From IMG/VR virus record IMGVR_UViG_3300028886_000003, positions 32,001 through 96,000 of that record: a stretch of DNA of 64,000 nucleotides. One strand, 5' to 3'. The notes under the pieces are model-generated. The model was not told the origin of the DNA, ran no database searches, and saw only the letters and a list, made by a program, of their open reading frames with translations. The DNA is from a virus (Duplodnaviria; Caudoviricetes). The translations under genes were made by a program, and so were the position numbers. Below are positions 19,554 through 29,924 of this stretch, piece by piece. Numbering within the stretch: the first letter of the stretch is position 1; every line of letters begins with the position of its first letter.

Positions 19554-22500
19554 ATGCCATACTATAAACAAGTATTAGGAATTGAATCCACAAAACTTGC
19601 ACAGGCTGAACATATTAATTTAATACAAAGCCATGTGAATAATGCTTTTGTAGAATGCTTAAGTGATCTATTTGGGAATGGATGTATATTAGATGATGAT
19701 GAAGAAGCATTAAAAGTAACCCCTACACCATATCATATTGATGCATCTAATAAAAATTTTGAGAATGAAAATGATTATATTTCTTTTTATGACAGATATT
19801 TAAGACAAGAATTTGAAACAAATAAATCAGAAATACAATCTTTTAATTTAAAGATGCACAATACATCTAATCTTAAACCAACAATTTTTGCTGAAATAAG
19901 AGATACTGATATGAATTTTATTGCAGAAGCTCATACAGAACTCCCAATTACGACTGGTGAAACTGGACCAGCTGATGTTAAATTTATTTTTAACTTAAAA
20001 CATCAACCTACTAGTACATATTATTTCGTTCTAAGACCTATAGATATTAGTGCTACAGATTTTAATGATGTTAGCGAAACAATTGTTCCTGATATGTTTA
20101 CTGTTAAATTTGATAGATCTGGAAGTCTTAATCAAGGACTATATGCATCTTATAATGGTGTAGATTATTTGCAATCTAATATGCTTGATGATCAAGTAAC
20201 ATTAGATACAGGTGAATATTCAGTATCTTCAGATGTTAATTATGATTTATATTTTGAAGAAGTTTTTAGTAATGGTAACACATATACAATTGATAAAGCA
20301 ACATGTTTAGTTAATGGAGAAAAAGTAATGCCAATTGACACACATGTAGTTATTGATGGACCATCAAAAGGACATAATAGAATAGATTTAGTTACATTAG
20401 ATATAGAAGGACATTTCAATGTAACAGAAGGAGTACCTTTTATTGGTCAAGCAACAGAAGATAAATATCCTACTAATGATTTAGGATTAAAAGTTGCATA
20501 TATAACTACTTATGCTAATTCAGCTGATACATGGACATGTCCAAATTGTAATACTGTAAACGATGGAAATGTTTTAAGCTGTGTAGAATGTGATACAACA
20601 ACAAATAATAAAATTCCATTAATTGAGCAAAGTGATGAAAATGGTAAAACTAGACAAAGAGATTTAATGGAAAGAATTCGTAGACTTGAAAAAAAGGTGG
20701 ATTATCAAATTAAAAATAATACTCCATCTCGTGTCAAATACACTTGTGCTGTTGACCCAACAATTGCTACCGCTGGAGAAGTTGTTAGAACAGAAGATGG
20801 CGGTGAAATATTTGTAGCTGCAGAAGATAAATATAATATACAATATGAAACAAATGAAAATGGGGAAAATGTTGCTGTTTTCAGAGGAACAAATAGTGAA
20901 ACTTTTGCATGGTCAATTATTAAAGAAATTACAACAAAAAAGGTTAAAAAGGTTGAAGGAATGGCAAAAATGTCAACAACAGACATATCTATTCCGGCCA
21001 AAAAACCTAAAAAACCAAAAGATAGTCAATATTATACTCTAAATGTTAAACGTAGAGAAACAAAAACTATATACAAAAAACAAACAAGTGAAGATGGAGT
21101 TGAAAGAGATGATGTAACTTCATATTATACTTCAGCCTATAACATTCCTATTGATTTATATATTATAAAAATTGTTAAAAAAGAAGTAAAAAGTAAAAAT
21201 GCAAAAGATAAAAAAATTAAAGAAATTCAAGAAGAAAAAAAGATAGTAGAAAAAATTAAAAATAAAAGAACTAATGCAAACGGTAATATCAATATTGATT
21301 TATGGAATTATAAATTAAGTAAAGGAAAATATTACATGGTTGCAAAATATGATGATAAAAAATTAACTTCTGTTATCTATATTGATCAAGATGATGTTAA
21401 ACTAGAAAAAAGAGGTCCTATTGAAATTAAAATCTCAGAAAAACCTATAGAAAAAACTTCAGTTAATGTACAGGATAATGTTTTCACAGGTAATGATTCA
21501 TTTTATACTAAAAATATGAAAGTAGATGAAGATATTGGTGAAGTATCTATTGAAACATTAGACACTAGTAGTTTGAAAAAGGAAGATTGGATGAACATTC
21601 CTAAAGAAAAACAAACCAAAGATGCAAATGTTTCTAAAGCAAGTTTTAAAATTGATGCAACCAATACCTGTGAATATTGTATGTATAGTTTTGATGTCGA
21701 TCATGATTGTATTGCATATAATATAACTCCATTCCTTTATGCTTTTGAAAATATTAAAGCCTTTAAAATAGTTTTATTTGAAAATCCGAAAATATTTGAA
21801 ATTAACAATACAAGAACATCATATGAAAAATTTTTAGATAAAGATAAGGCAGAAAAAACAGTTTTCAAAAATTTATACGAATCAGATTGGATAAAAGTAA
21901 AAGGTGCTAGTAAAGATAGTAAAGTAAAAGTTTCTGAGAAAAAACAAACAACCTTTGATTTCGGCCAAGATGGAATATTACTTAAAAAAGGTGTATATAG
22001 TATAGTATTCATTGGAGCTCTATATAGTAAAAAGAAAGAAGGAAAAATCTATATTGAAGAATATCATACAAGTAAAGCAACAAAATATGGTGGTATTTCA
22101 TATGTATATGGTTCATACAATCCTAATAAAATTTATATTCAAAAAAATGGTTTAAGAAATAGAGCAATTATTTTTAAAATGAATAGAGCATTATTAACAC
22201 ACTATAGTTCAGGAACATTAGTTTCAAGAATAATAGAAACACAACATCAAATTTCATCATGTAAAATTAAACCTAATTATGAGATTCCTCCTGGCTGTGA
22301 TGTATTTACATATGTATCGAATAATGGGGGAAGAACGTATGTAGAAACAAAAGATAATAGTAATACTGTAACTTTTCCTGGCTTAGGAAGTCAATTTAGA
22401 TGGCGTATTACTTTTAATGGTACTGCATTAAAAACTCCTAAACTTAAATTTAATGGGAAATATGCTATTAAATTTGAATTATCAGAAAAAGAAAATTATA

Positions 22501-24689
22501 TTACATATGAAGATTATGGACGTTGTTTTGCTACACCTATATTAAATGCAAATACAATTACAAGATCAGTAGCATTAAATAACAATATAAAAAATAAATT
22601 TGCCGAATGGGAATTTGCTAGACTATGGATGGAAGATGAAGATCTAGCGTCCAATATGGATATATGTTTTGCTTATGATAATAAGAATTATGATACAACA
22701 GTAGAACATACACAAAAAGAATGGCCTAATAGTATTTTCTTTAGTCAAGTATTAGGAAACTTAACACTTGAAGATTTTGATCAAACTTCTATTGATTATA
22801 GTAATTATGATGCTGACACAGAACCTGATGAAAATAATTTCAGACTTAAATATGATACAGATATGGCAAATACAGGTGACATAATTGTAGCAACACCTTT
22901 GGCAAATGAGGATGGAGATAGGTATAATTATTCATATGGTAATATTAATGTAGAAAATAATGATATGGAGAATTTTACTTATTCTTTAACAAAAAACACA
23001 ACACTTTATAAAGATAATACAAATGATGTATCAAATAAATATAGTGGTGTACATTTGGTAACTGGTTCATATTATCAAGCGTTATATAATAAAACTACTA
23101 ATACAACAGAAAGTACAAAAAGAATATGGGCTAGTGATGGTGGAGATCCAACATATGATCCAGAGGCTTGTATTATTGGAGTTCAATATCAAAATGGATT
23201 AGAAATTACAGATAATTATACCTCATTAACTGTTGATATTTTTGCAAATTTACGTGACCATCTTGAACAGGTAGTAGCATCAACAACTACTACAACAAGT
23301 GAGGAAGGGGAACCGGAAAATTCAACATCTAATCCGGCTGATCAATTATCTGATATTGGTATATTACAATATGAAAATGGAGAACCTGTAATAAATACTA
23401 ACAGAACAATTGATCAAACAAAATATATGTATGAAGATAAGTGTTATTATATTCCACAAGGTACACTTGAGTTAGTTGTTTCATTAAATCCAAATGGATT
23501 GATTGAAGAAAATAATGCAACATATGGAAAAGTATATACTGTTGATATTCCAATTCGATCATGTAAACATACACCTTTTACTATTAATTTATCCGATCTA
23601 TATGGTAGTACTATATATAGTATAGGACTTCGTGTTAACAAAACAGTAGTAGAAAAAGCAGAAGATGGAGTATTAAAACATCCATCTTTACATGAAGGAG
23701 ATATATTAGCATTAGGTAACATATCCTTAAATGGAGAAAATATTAAACCATATACTCCTTATATTTATAGTGGTGATACAAATAGATGGAATTGGACTGC
23801 TTTAGATAAAACACAAGTATCAACTGCATATGTATTATATGAATCAGTTAAACCTGATAATACTGAGCCAAGAATGTCATATTTACCAATTTATAAATTA
23901 GGAGATCCAGCTGGAAAATATTCATATCCTTATCCTGGAACAGGAGATAATATACAATATTCAGATCCAGTATTCCACAATGGAACATTAAATTTATATG
24001 AACAAGATGGTACTGCATTAATTTTAAGAGAAAGTAATTTAGAACAAATTAGTGTAGATAAAGCTAGAGATTCAAATGAAATTAGTCTTTATTATCTAAA
24101 AGAAAATCAAGAAAGAGGTGATTTATTTAGGAAAAGCACAGAAAATGCAAACAGTATAATGTTCCATATTAATGTTAATGATTTTGCGCGTGGATCTTTA
24201 TTTAAAATCGATACTGATGTTAATTTAACACCATATGATTGGATTGAGGTTGAATATTATCTTGAGCATATAAAAGAAACAGAATCTGAAAGTAATGTTA
24301 TGAATGAATATAATATCTTAAAAGGAGAAGTATTTTTAGATTTATATGATACAGTTGACTATAAAAATGCAGAGCCAGTTGAACAGCTTCCATTGCCGGC
24401 ATGGGGTAAAACACAGAATAATTATAATCAATCAAATAAAACAGTTCATGCATGGTTTAAAATACATAGTGATGCTGCATCTGTAAAATGTATTGTTTTA
24501 AGAACAGAAAAATTAAATTGCAGAACACCTGCTGATTTACGTTTAGTTATTGCTGATATTGTATTCTTAAATACTGATACAGTGCCGGCTTTAGGACCAC
24601 AAATGCAAATGCGTATTTATCCAAAAAATGAAAGCGCATTAACTAATACAAAAATTAGAAAATTTGGTTGTGTATATAGATTGGGATGA
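19554..24689 (+). CDS. Large tail/baseplate protein (1711 aa) with RanBP2-type zinc finger
   Basis: RIDLV motif, RIRRLE coiled segment, WTCPNCNTVNDGNVLSCVEC. Confidence 0.55.
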   Translation: MPYYKQVLGIESTKLAQAEHINLIQSHVNNAFVECLSDLFGNGCILDDDEEALKVTPTPYHIDASNKNFENENDYISFYDRYLRQEFETNKSEIQSFNLKMHNTSNLKPTIFAEIRDTDMNFIAEAHTELPITTGETGPADVKFIFNLKHQPTSTYYFVLRPIDISATDFNDVSETIVPDMFTVKFDRSGSLNQGLYASYNGVDYLQSNMLDDQVTLDTGEYSVSSDVNYDLYFEEVFSNGNTYTIDKATCLVNGEKVMPIDTHVVIDGPSKGHNRIDLVTLDIEGHFNVTEGVPFIGQATEDKYPTNDLGLKVAYITTYANSADTWTCPNCNTVNDGNVLSCVECDTTTNNKIPLIEQSDENGKTRQRDLMERIRRLEKKVDYQIKNNTPSRVKYTCAVDPTIATAGEVVRTEDGGEIFVAAEDKYNIQYETNENGENVAVFRGTNSETFAWSIIKEITTKKVKKVEGMAKMSTTDISIPAKKPKKPKDSQYYTLNVKRRETKTIYKKQTSEDGVERDDVTSYYTSAYNIPIDLYIIKIVKKEVKSKNAKDKKIKEIQEEKKIVEKIKNKRTNANGNINIDLWNYKLSKGKYYMVAKYDDKKLTSVIYIDQDDVKLEKRGPIEIKISEKPIEKTSVNVQDNVFTGNDSFYTKNMKVDEDIGEVSIETLDTSSLKKEDWMNIPKEKQTKDANVSKASFKIDATNTCEYCMYSFDVDHDCIAYNITPFLYAFENIKAFKIVLFENPKIFEINNTRTSYEKFLDKDKAEKTVFKNLYESDWIKVKGASKDSKVKVSEKKQTTFDFGQDGILLKKGVYSIVFIGALYSKKKEGKIYIEEYHTSKATKYGGISYVYGSYNPNKIYIQKNGLRNRAIIFKMNRALLTHYSSGTLVSRIIETQHQISSCKIKPNYEIPPGCDVFTYVSNNGGRTYVETKDNSNTVTFPGLGSQFRWRITFNGTALKTPKLKFNGKYAIKFELSEKENYITYEDYGRCFATPILNANTITRSVALNNNIKNKFAEWEFARLWMEDEDLASNMDICFAYDNKNYDTTVEHTQKEWPNSIFFSQVLGNLTLEDFDQTSIDYSNYDADTEPDENNFRLKYDTDMANTGDIIVATPLANEDGDRYNYSYGNINVENNDMENFTYSLTKNTTLYKDNTNDVSNKYSGVHLVTGSYYQALYNKTTNTTESTKRIWASDGGDPTYDPEACIIGVQYQNGLEITDNYTSLTVDIFANLRDHLEQVVASTTTTTSEEGEPENSTSNPADQLSDIGILQYENGEPVINTNRTIDQTKYMYEDKCYYIPQGTLELVVSLNPNGLIEENNATYGKVYTVDIPIRSCKHTPFTINLSDLYGSTIYSIGLRVNKTVVEKAEDGVLKHPSLHEGDILALGNISLNGENIKPYTPYIYSGDTNRWNWTALDKTQVSTAYVLYESVKPDNTEPRMSYLPIYKLGDPAGKYSYPYPGTGDNIQYSDPVFHNGTLNLYEQDGTALILRESNLEQISVDKARDSNEISLYYLKENQERGDLFRKSTENANSIMFHINVNDFARGSLFKIDTDVNLTPYDWIEVEYYLEHIKETESESNVMNEYNILKGEVFLDLYDTVDYKNAEPVEQLPLPAWGKTQNNYNQSNKTVHAWFKIHSDAASVKCIVLRTEKLNCRTPADLRLVIADIVFLNTDTVPALGPQMQMRIYPKNESALTNTKIRKFGCVYRLG

Positions 24690-24693
24690 TAAA

Positions 24694-25032
24694 ATGGTAG
24701 AAGAAACAATTGAAATACAAACAGTAGATGAAGTACATCAGATTGATGAACGAAGACAAATGTCAGAAGTAATAGATAATCAAGCAGAAGAACACAATAC
24801 TAACTTAGAGAATATTAATAATCAATTAACTTCTATATCTGATACAATAGATAATATACAAATCGGTGATGTTGATTTAAGTGAAGTAACAGATAAAATT
24901 GATGAATTAGATACAACAATGATTACTACACAAAATCAAGATATACTTGAAACATTGTCTGCACAACAAAATCAAATAAATAGTATAGAAGATAAAATAG
25001 ATAATATCTTAAAAGTTATTAAAGAGATGTAA
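24694..25032 (+). CDS. Acidic coiled-coil protein
   Basis: Heptad pattern; ATG 24694 more likely than GTG 24664. Confidence 0.5.
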   Translation: MVEETIEIQTVDEVHQIDERRQMSEVIDNQAEEHNTNLENINNQLTSISDTIDNIQIGDVDLSEVTDKIDELDTTMITTQNQDILETLSAQQNQINSIEDKIDNILKVIKEM

Positions 25033-25034
25033 GT

Positions 25035-25628
25035 ATGGACAGAATTAAGGACGAAATACATGATATGTCTGAGAAGATATATGATCTACAGAATAAAACA
25101 GAGCACTTAACAAATGGACAAAGATATGCTGCTATTAATGAAATAGAAAAAAGTATTGCGCCCTTAAGAAATGACTTACATCATTTAGAACATAAACTAT
25201 ATAAACAGCAACATAATGAAGAGGAAATTGAAAAAGAAGTAAATCAAATATTAAGCCAAATTGCTGAACTTGAAAATTTAAAATCCGATCTTATAGCACG
25301 TATTAACACAGAAACAGAACACACACGTAAATACTATCATGATGAAGTTATGCAGTTTATGAAAAATGAGATTACACCATTGCATGATAGTGTTGTGAAG
25401 CATGAGCAGGAAATTGCTATTTTAAAATCAGATATAAAAAAAGAGTTTGCTCAATTTAGATTAGAACTTACTGAAGCAAATAAAAAAAGAGAAGTTGAGG
25501 ACGCCAAAAAATTTGATAAAATCAACATACTAATAGCTGGTTCAATAGGCGTTGTAGGCGGCCTCGGAACTCTTTTTATGTATTTTCAACCAGTATTACA
25601 AACTTTTGTGAAAATATTCTTTGGATAA
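25035..25628 (+). CDS. Coiled-coil protein with C-terminal transmembrane helix
   Basis: Heptads followed by ILIAGSIGVVGGLGTLFMYF. Confidence 0.55.
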   Translation: MDRIKDEIHDMSEKIYDLQNKTEHLTNGQRYAAINEIEKSIAPLRNDLHHLEHKLYKQQHNEEEIEKEVNQILSQIAELENLKSDLIARINTETEHTRKYYHDEVMQFMKNEITPLHDSVVKHEQEIAILKSDIKKEFAQFRLELTEANKKREVEDAKKFDKINILIAGSIGVVGGLGTLFMYFQPVLQTFVKIFFG

Positions 25629-25829
25629 TTATTTTAATGCCATTTTAATATCTTCAACTTTTACAGTTTCTCTACCAGCATGAGTAGCTAATCTTTTAGC
25701 TTTTTGAGTAATAGAAACACCTTCTGTTTCTAAAAATTCATTCAAGTATCTAACTGCATCTTCACTAATTCTGTTAGCTCCGGAATTTTTCATTAACCTT
25801 TTGGTTGGAGCAAATAATAATTCAGACAT
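25629..25829 (-). CDS. Archaeal histone (HMf/HMt family)
   Basis: MSEL..AP..R.MK.SGA.RIS.DA...HAGR.TVK.EDI..A matches the HMfB histone fold. Confidence 0.95.
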   Translation of the reverse strand: MSELLFAPTKRLMKNSGANRISEDAVRYLNEFLETEGVSITQKAKRLATHAGRETVKVEDIKMALK

Positions 25830-25900
25830 TTATATCAATCTCCCTAATTTTAATATGTTTATTTTATAATAAACACTCTAATATCTATTTATCAAAGTAT

Positions 25901-26341
25901 TTAAACTTTTGGTTCTATCCAAAATTTATTTTTCTTACATTGTTGAATAAAAAATTTATATTCTTCAAAAGTAAAATTATATTTACGTAAAAAAATAGGT
26001 AAATCATATAACAAATTATTAAAAACACCAGGAATATCATACATAGTTACACGTGTATTAACAACTTTATCATAATCAATACCCTCTATTTTAATATCAG
26101 AATATTGCTTTAATTTATTAATAATTGTTTCTTCGTAATGTTCATTACCTTTTTCATAAAAATATAAATTTTTTTGTTCTTTTGTACAATCTCTACAATA
26201 ATAAGACAAATTATCTTTATTATTTTTATTTTTACTAAATTTATTTAATGGTAAAACTCTACCACATATATTACACTTCTTCTTTTCCACCTTAATCACA
26301 ATAAAAAAATAAATAAGGGGAGTATTTAATGAACGTTCCAC
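25901..26341 (-). CDS. Zinc-finger protein
   Basis: CNIC...LPLNKF...YYCRDC phage zinc-finger motif; real start probably downstream of the called one. Confidence 0.55.
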   Translation of the reverse strand: MERSLNTPLIYFFIVIKVEKKKCNICGRVLPLNKFSKNKNNKDNLSYYCRDCTKEQKNLYFYEKGNEHYEETIINKLKQYSDIKIEGIDYDKVVNTRVTMYDIPGVFNNLLYDLPIFLRKYNFTFEEYKFFIQQCKKNKFWIEPKV

Positions 26342-26592
26342 ATTTTATAATAAAAATCAAATGGATAATAGTAACGATTAACAGTATAATAAGGATAGCG
26401 ATAATTATTTCTTTCTTTTTTATCTTCTTCCTTATCATCTGATTCAAATAAATCGCTAAAATCTTTCTTAATTTCTTTATTTTTCCTATGTTTAATCAAA
26501 AATTCACAAATTTTAATAATATCTTCCAATCTTTGAATTTCATAATCATCATTCAAATCGTCATTACAACAACAATGTCCATCACAATTCAT
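26326..26592 (-). CDS. Hypothetical protein
   Basis: ORF in overlapping operon. Confidence 0.5.
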   Translation of the reverse strand: MNCDGHCCCNDDLNDDYEIQRLEDIIKICEFLIKHRKNKEIKKDFSDLFESDDKEEDKKERNNYRYPYYTVNRYYYPFDFYYKMWNVH

Positions 26593-26828
26593 TTTTTTAC
26601 CTCATTATAACCTGCTAAAAGCTGTTCATTATCTTGCAACCAATTAATGACATATTGGAGATTAGAGATTTTTTCACTATCATATTCATCATTATTTATA
26701 ACACCAATTGCAAAACTATAAAATATTGATGAAGCTAATTTTTGATGATCTAATAATTGTTTATTTTTAGGTTGTAAAAATTCTTCTACAATTTCTAACA
26801 AAATTTGATCAATTTCTTCTTCTAACAT
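26589..26828 (-). CDS. Hypothetical protein
   Basis: ORF in operon. Confidence 0.5.
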   Translation of the reverse strand: MLEEEIDQILLEIVEEFLQPKNKQLLDHQKLASSIFYSFAIGVINNDEYDSEKISNLQYVINWLQDNEQLLAGYNEVKK

Positions 26829-26851
26829 AATAATACTTTAACCATAATTTT

Positions 26852-27067
26852 TTATCTTGAAAACCACGCTCTCATTCTTCTATGCGGCTTTCTTGACCCT
26901 GGTGAACAAAATGTTTGTATAATAGGATAATTTTGAACAATGGATTCAATATCAAAATTATAAACTAAAAGTAATGTTTCAATCTCTTCTTGACATATTT
27001 CAATTTCTTTCTGTAGTTTTTGATATTTTTGTAATTTCTCTAATAGTTGATTTTCATATTGATCCAT
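26852..27067 (-). CDS. Hypothetical protein
   Basis: ORF with GAGG RBS. Confidence 0.5.
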   Translation of the reverse strand: MDQYENQLLEKLQKYQKLQKEIEICQEEIETLLLVYNFDIESIVQNYPIIQTFCSPGSRKPHRRMRAWFSR

Positions 27068-27252
27068 TGAATAAACCTCGTATAAAATTTTAATTGTCTT
27101 TCATAATGCCGACAACATTCTTTTTCAATATGTAACTGCTCACAATAAGAGCAATAATATAATTTTGAAAAAAATTTTGATGGAACTTTATATCCATATT
27201 TGCATCGCCGACATTTCATATATATATTTTAGAAAATTATCATATATATACT

Positions 27253-27474
27253 TTAGATTTTTTCCACTTTTTTTGGTGTAAGCATCATCCAATAACGAGC
27301 ATGAAAATTACAATGACCTTCAAGTGAAGGGCCACCATAATGCCCAAAATCATAATAAGACTTATCCCAAGCAGAATGCTCATCTCTTTGTATTATAAAA
27401 GGAACTGGTTGCTTACGGCCATACAAATCTTTATCATGTAATATTTCTGGCCAAAATTTATAATGACAATCCAT
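27253..27474 (-). CDS. Small aromatic-rich protein, paralogue of 27829..28044
   Basis: VPFIIQRDEHSAWDKSYYDF vs VPYLIRNDGHGVWLRAWYLF. Confidence 0.6.
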   Translation of the reverse strand: MDCHYKFWPEILHDKDLYGRKQPVPFIIQRDEHSAWDKSYYDFGHYGGPSLEGHCNFHARYWMMLTPKKVEKI

Positions 27475-27477
27475 TTA

Positions 27478-27519
27478 TTAATCCTCCATAAAATCATCTA
27501 AAATAACTAATCTTTTTTT
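27478..27519 (-). pseudogene. Remnant 3' end of an HNH endonuclease gene
   Basis: Encodes LVILDDFMED*, matching LVTLDDFMEE* and IITLDDFMEE* of the intact HNH genes. Confidence 0.7.
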
Positions 27520-27520
27520 A

Positions 27521-27823
27521 TCATACATTCTTTTCAAAAGAATAAATTAAAGATATATAATGCCCTGCACTTACTACAATTCTTGAACAATCTATATCCA
27601 AATAATTATTAATATCTCTAATAACACCAAAAGGAATATTATTTGTTTGAAAAGTAACTGCTATCTCAACATCAGATAAATAATTATGAAAATCAATTTT
27701 ATATGAACCATGATCATTAAAATATTTTATTTCATATTTTTTAATAATAGCTTCAATACCATTTTTTACTATATCATATTTTGAAAAACCATTCACTAAT
27801 TCTTTTACATTTTTATTTTTCAT
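27521..27823 (-). CDS. Hypothetical protein
   Basis: ORF with GGTGA RBS before MKNKN. Confidence 0.5.
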   Translation of the reverse strand: MKNKNVKELVNGFSKYDIVKNGIEAIIKKYEIKYFNDHGSYKIDFHNYLSDVEIAVTFQTNNIPFGVIRDINNYLDIDCSRIVVSAGHYISLIYSFEKNV

Positions 27824-27828
27824 TTTTA

Positions 27829-28044
27829 TCACCTAAAAAAATATTGACCACCTGTTCTAAAAAAATTATCTTTAAATAAATACCAAGCCCTTAACCATAC
27901 ACCATGCCCATCATTCCGTATAAGATAAGGTACACAAGCTCGTTTTTCCTCAGGGTCAAAACCCCCATATTTAATTTTTGTTTTATAAGATGCACAATGT
28001 TTTGTTGGACATCTGTATACATAAGTATTCCAATCTATACTCAT
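27829..28044 (-). CDS. Small aromatic/Cys protein, paralogue of 27253..27474
   Basis: Shared VP(Y/F)xI.xDxHxxW motif. Confidence 0.6.
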   Translation of the reverse strand: MSIDWNTYVYRCPTKHCASYKTKIKYGGFDPEEKRACVPYLIRNDGHGVWLRAWYLFKDNFFRTGGQYFFR

Positions 28045-28049
28045 ATTTA

Positions 28050-28922
28050 CTACTCCTCCATAAAATCATCCAAAGTAATTATGCCTTCTTTCCATTCTTC
28101 CACAAATTTCCAAAATTGCTCTTCAGTATTATCTCCATAACCATGCTTTTGATGAAAAGCATCATGTAATTCTTCACAAATAACAACAACATTATCCAAA
28201 TCAATCCTACCTTCAACACACCAGTTATAACCATTTAAATGATGAACAACTAAATTATTAGTTTTTTTACCAGTAATTTCACATTTACCATTAGCCCTTT
28301 CACGTGCTGGTATAAATAAATCTAAAAAATAACTACCCTGATCAAAACATTCTAATTCCCTTTGAACAAGAAATGGTGGTACAAAACTTTTTAAATCTTC
28401 AATAGATATATCATATTTTTTAGATAATTCTTTATACACTTGTTCATATCTTTTTTTTTGATATTCTTTTTGATGTTCTATTATTTTTTCTTTATTATTT
28501 TGATAATATTGTCTTTTTTGTTTTTTTATTTTTTCTTTATTGTCTTGATAATATTGTTTTATTTTTTCTTTATTATCTTGACAATATTGTTTTTGATGTT
28601 CTTTTATTTTTTCTTTATTTTTTTGATAATATCGTCTATTCTGTTCTTTTATTTTTTCTTTATTATCTTGTTTATATTGTCTATTCTGTTCTTTTATTTT
28701 TTCTTTATTATTTTGATAATATTGTTTAAAATATTTTTTATTTTTTTGATAATATTGTCTATTCTGTTCTTTTATTTTTTCTTTATTATCTTGACAATAT
28801 TGTCTATTCCGTTCTTTCATTTTTTCTTTATTATTTTCTTCACTACATTCTTTAGAACAAGTAATAGTATTTCCTTTTGCATCAAATTCTTTACCACAAA
28901 TTACACAATTCTTTACCACCAT
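28050..28922 (-). CDS. HNH endonuclease with N-terminal Zn finger and 15-aa helical repeats
   Basis: CVICG...TCSKEC; (QYYQDNKEKIKEQNR)n; CEITG...VVHHL...NVVVICEELHDAFH. Confidence 0.85.
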   Translation of the reverse strand: MVVKNCVICGKEFDAKGNTITCSKECSEENNKEKMKERNRQYCQDNKEKIKEQNRQYYQKNKKYFKQYYQNNKEKIKEQNRQYKQDNKEKIKEQNRRYYQKNKEKIKEHQKQYCQDNKEKIKQYYQDNKEKIKKQKRQYYQNNKEKIIEHQKEYQKKRYEQVYKELSKKYDISIEDLKSFVPPFLVQRELECFDQGSYFLDLFIPARERANGKCEITGKKTNNLVVHHLNGYNWCVEGRIDLDNVVVICEELHDAFHQKHGYGDNTEEQFWKFVEEWKEGIITLDDFMEE

Positions 28923-28937
28923 AAAAACATCACCTTA

Positions 28938-29912
28938 TTACTCTTCCATAAAATCATCTAAAGTAACTAATCCTTTTTCCCATTCTTCAACAAATTTCCA
29001 AAATTGCTCTTCAGTATTATCTCCATAACCATATTTATTATGAAATGCAATATGCAATTCTTCACAAATAACAACAACATTATCTAAGTCCATTCTACCT
29101 TCAACACACCAGTTATAACCATTTAAATGGTGAACAACTAAATTCTTAGTTTTTTTACCAGTAATTTCGCATTTGCCATTAGCTCTTTCATGTGCTGGTA
29201 TAAACAAATCTAAAAAATAACTACCCTGATCAAAACAGTCCAGTTCTCTTTTAACAATAAATAGTGGCAAATAAACTTTTAAATCTTCAATAGATATATC
29301 ATATTTTTTAGATAATTCTTTATACACTTGCTCATATTTTTCTTTTTGATATTCTATTTGATATTCTATTATTTTTTCTCTATTATTTTGATAATATTCT
29401 TTTACTTTTTCTTTATTTTTTTGATAATACTGTCTTCTTCGCTCTCTTTCTTTTTCTTTATTATCTTGATAATACTGTCTTCTTTGTTTATTTATTTTTT
29501 CTCTATTTTCTTGACGATATCGTCTGCTTTGTTCTTTTAGTTTTTCTTTATTTTTTTGACGATATTGTCTACTTCGTTCTCTTTCTTTTTCTTTATTATC
29601 TTGATAATACTGTCTTCTTTGTTCATTTATTTTTTCTTTATTATCTTGACGATATTGTCTTTGATATTCTTTTACTTTTTCTTTATTATCTTGATAATAC
29701 TGTCTTTGATATTCTCTTTGATATTCTTTTACTGTTTCTTTATTTTTTTGATAATACTGTCTTCGATATTCATTTACTTTTTCTTTATTATTTTGACGAT
29801 ATTGTTTTCGATTTTGCTGTCTTCTTTTTATACTACATTTTTTAGAACAAGTAATAGCATTTCCTTTTGCATCAAATTCTTCACCACAAACTACACAATT
29901 TTTCATCACCAT
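28938..29912 (-). CDS. HNH endonuclease paralogue with more repeats
   Basis: Same architecture; near-identical HNH domain. Confidence 0.85.
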   Translation of the reverse strand: MVMKNCVVCGEEFDAKGNAITCSKKCSIKRRQQNRKQYRQNNKEKVNEYRRQYYQKNKETVKEYQREYQRQYYQDNKEKVKEYQRQYRQDNKEKINEQRRQYYQDNKEKERERSRQYRQKNKEKLKEQSRRYRQENREKINKQRRQYYQDNKEKERERRRQYYQKNKEKVKEYYQNNREKIIEYQIEYQKEKYEQVYKELSKKYDISIEDLKVYLPLFIVKRELDCFDQGSYFLDLFIPAHERANGKCEITGKKTKNLVVHHLNGYNWCVEGRMDLDNVVVICEELHIAFHNKYGYGDNTEEQFWKFVEEWEKGLVTLDDFMEE

Positions 29913-29924
29913 AAAAACATCACC

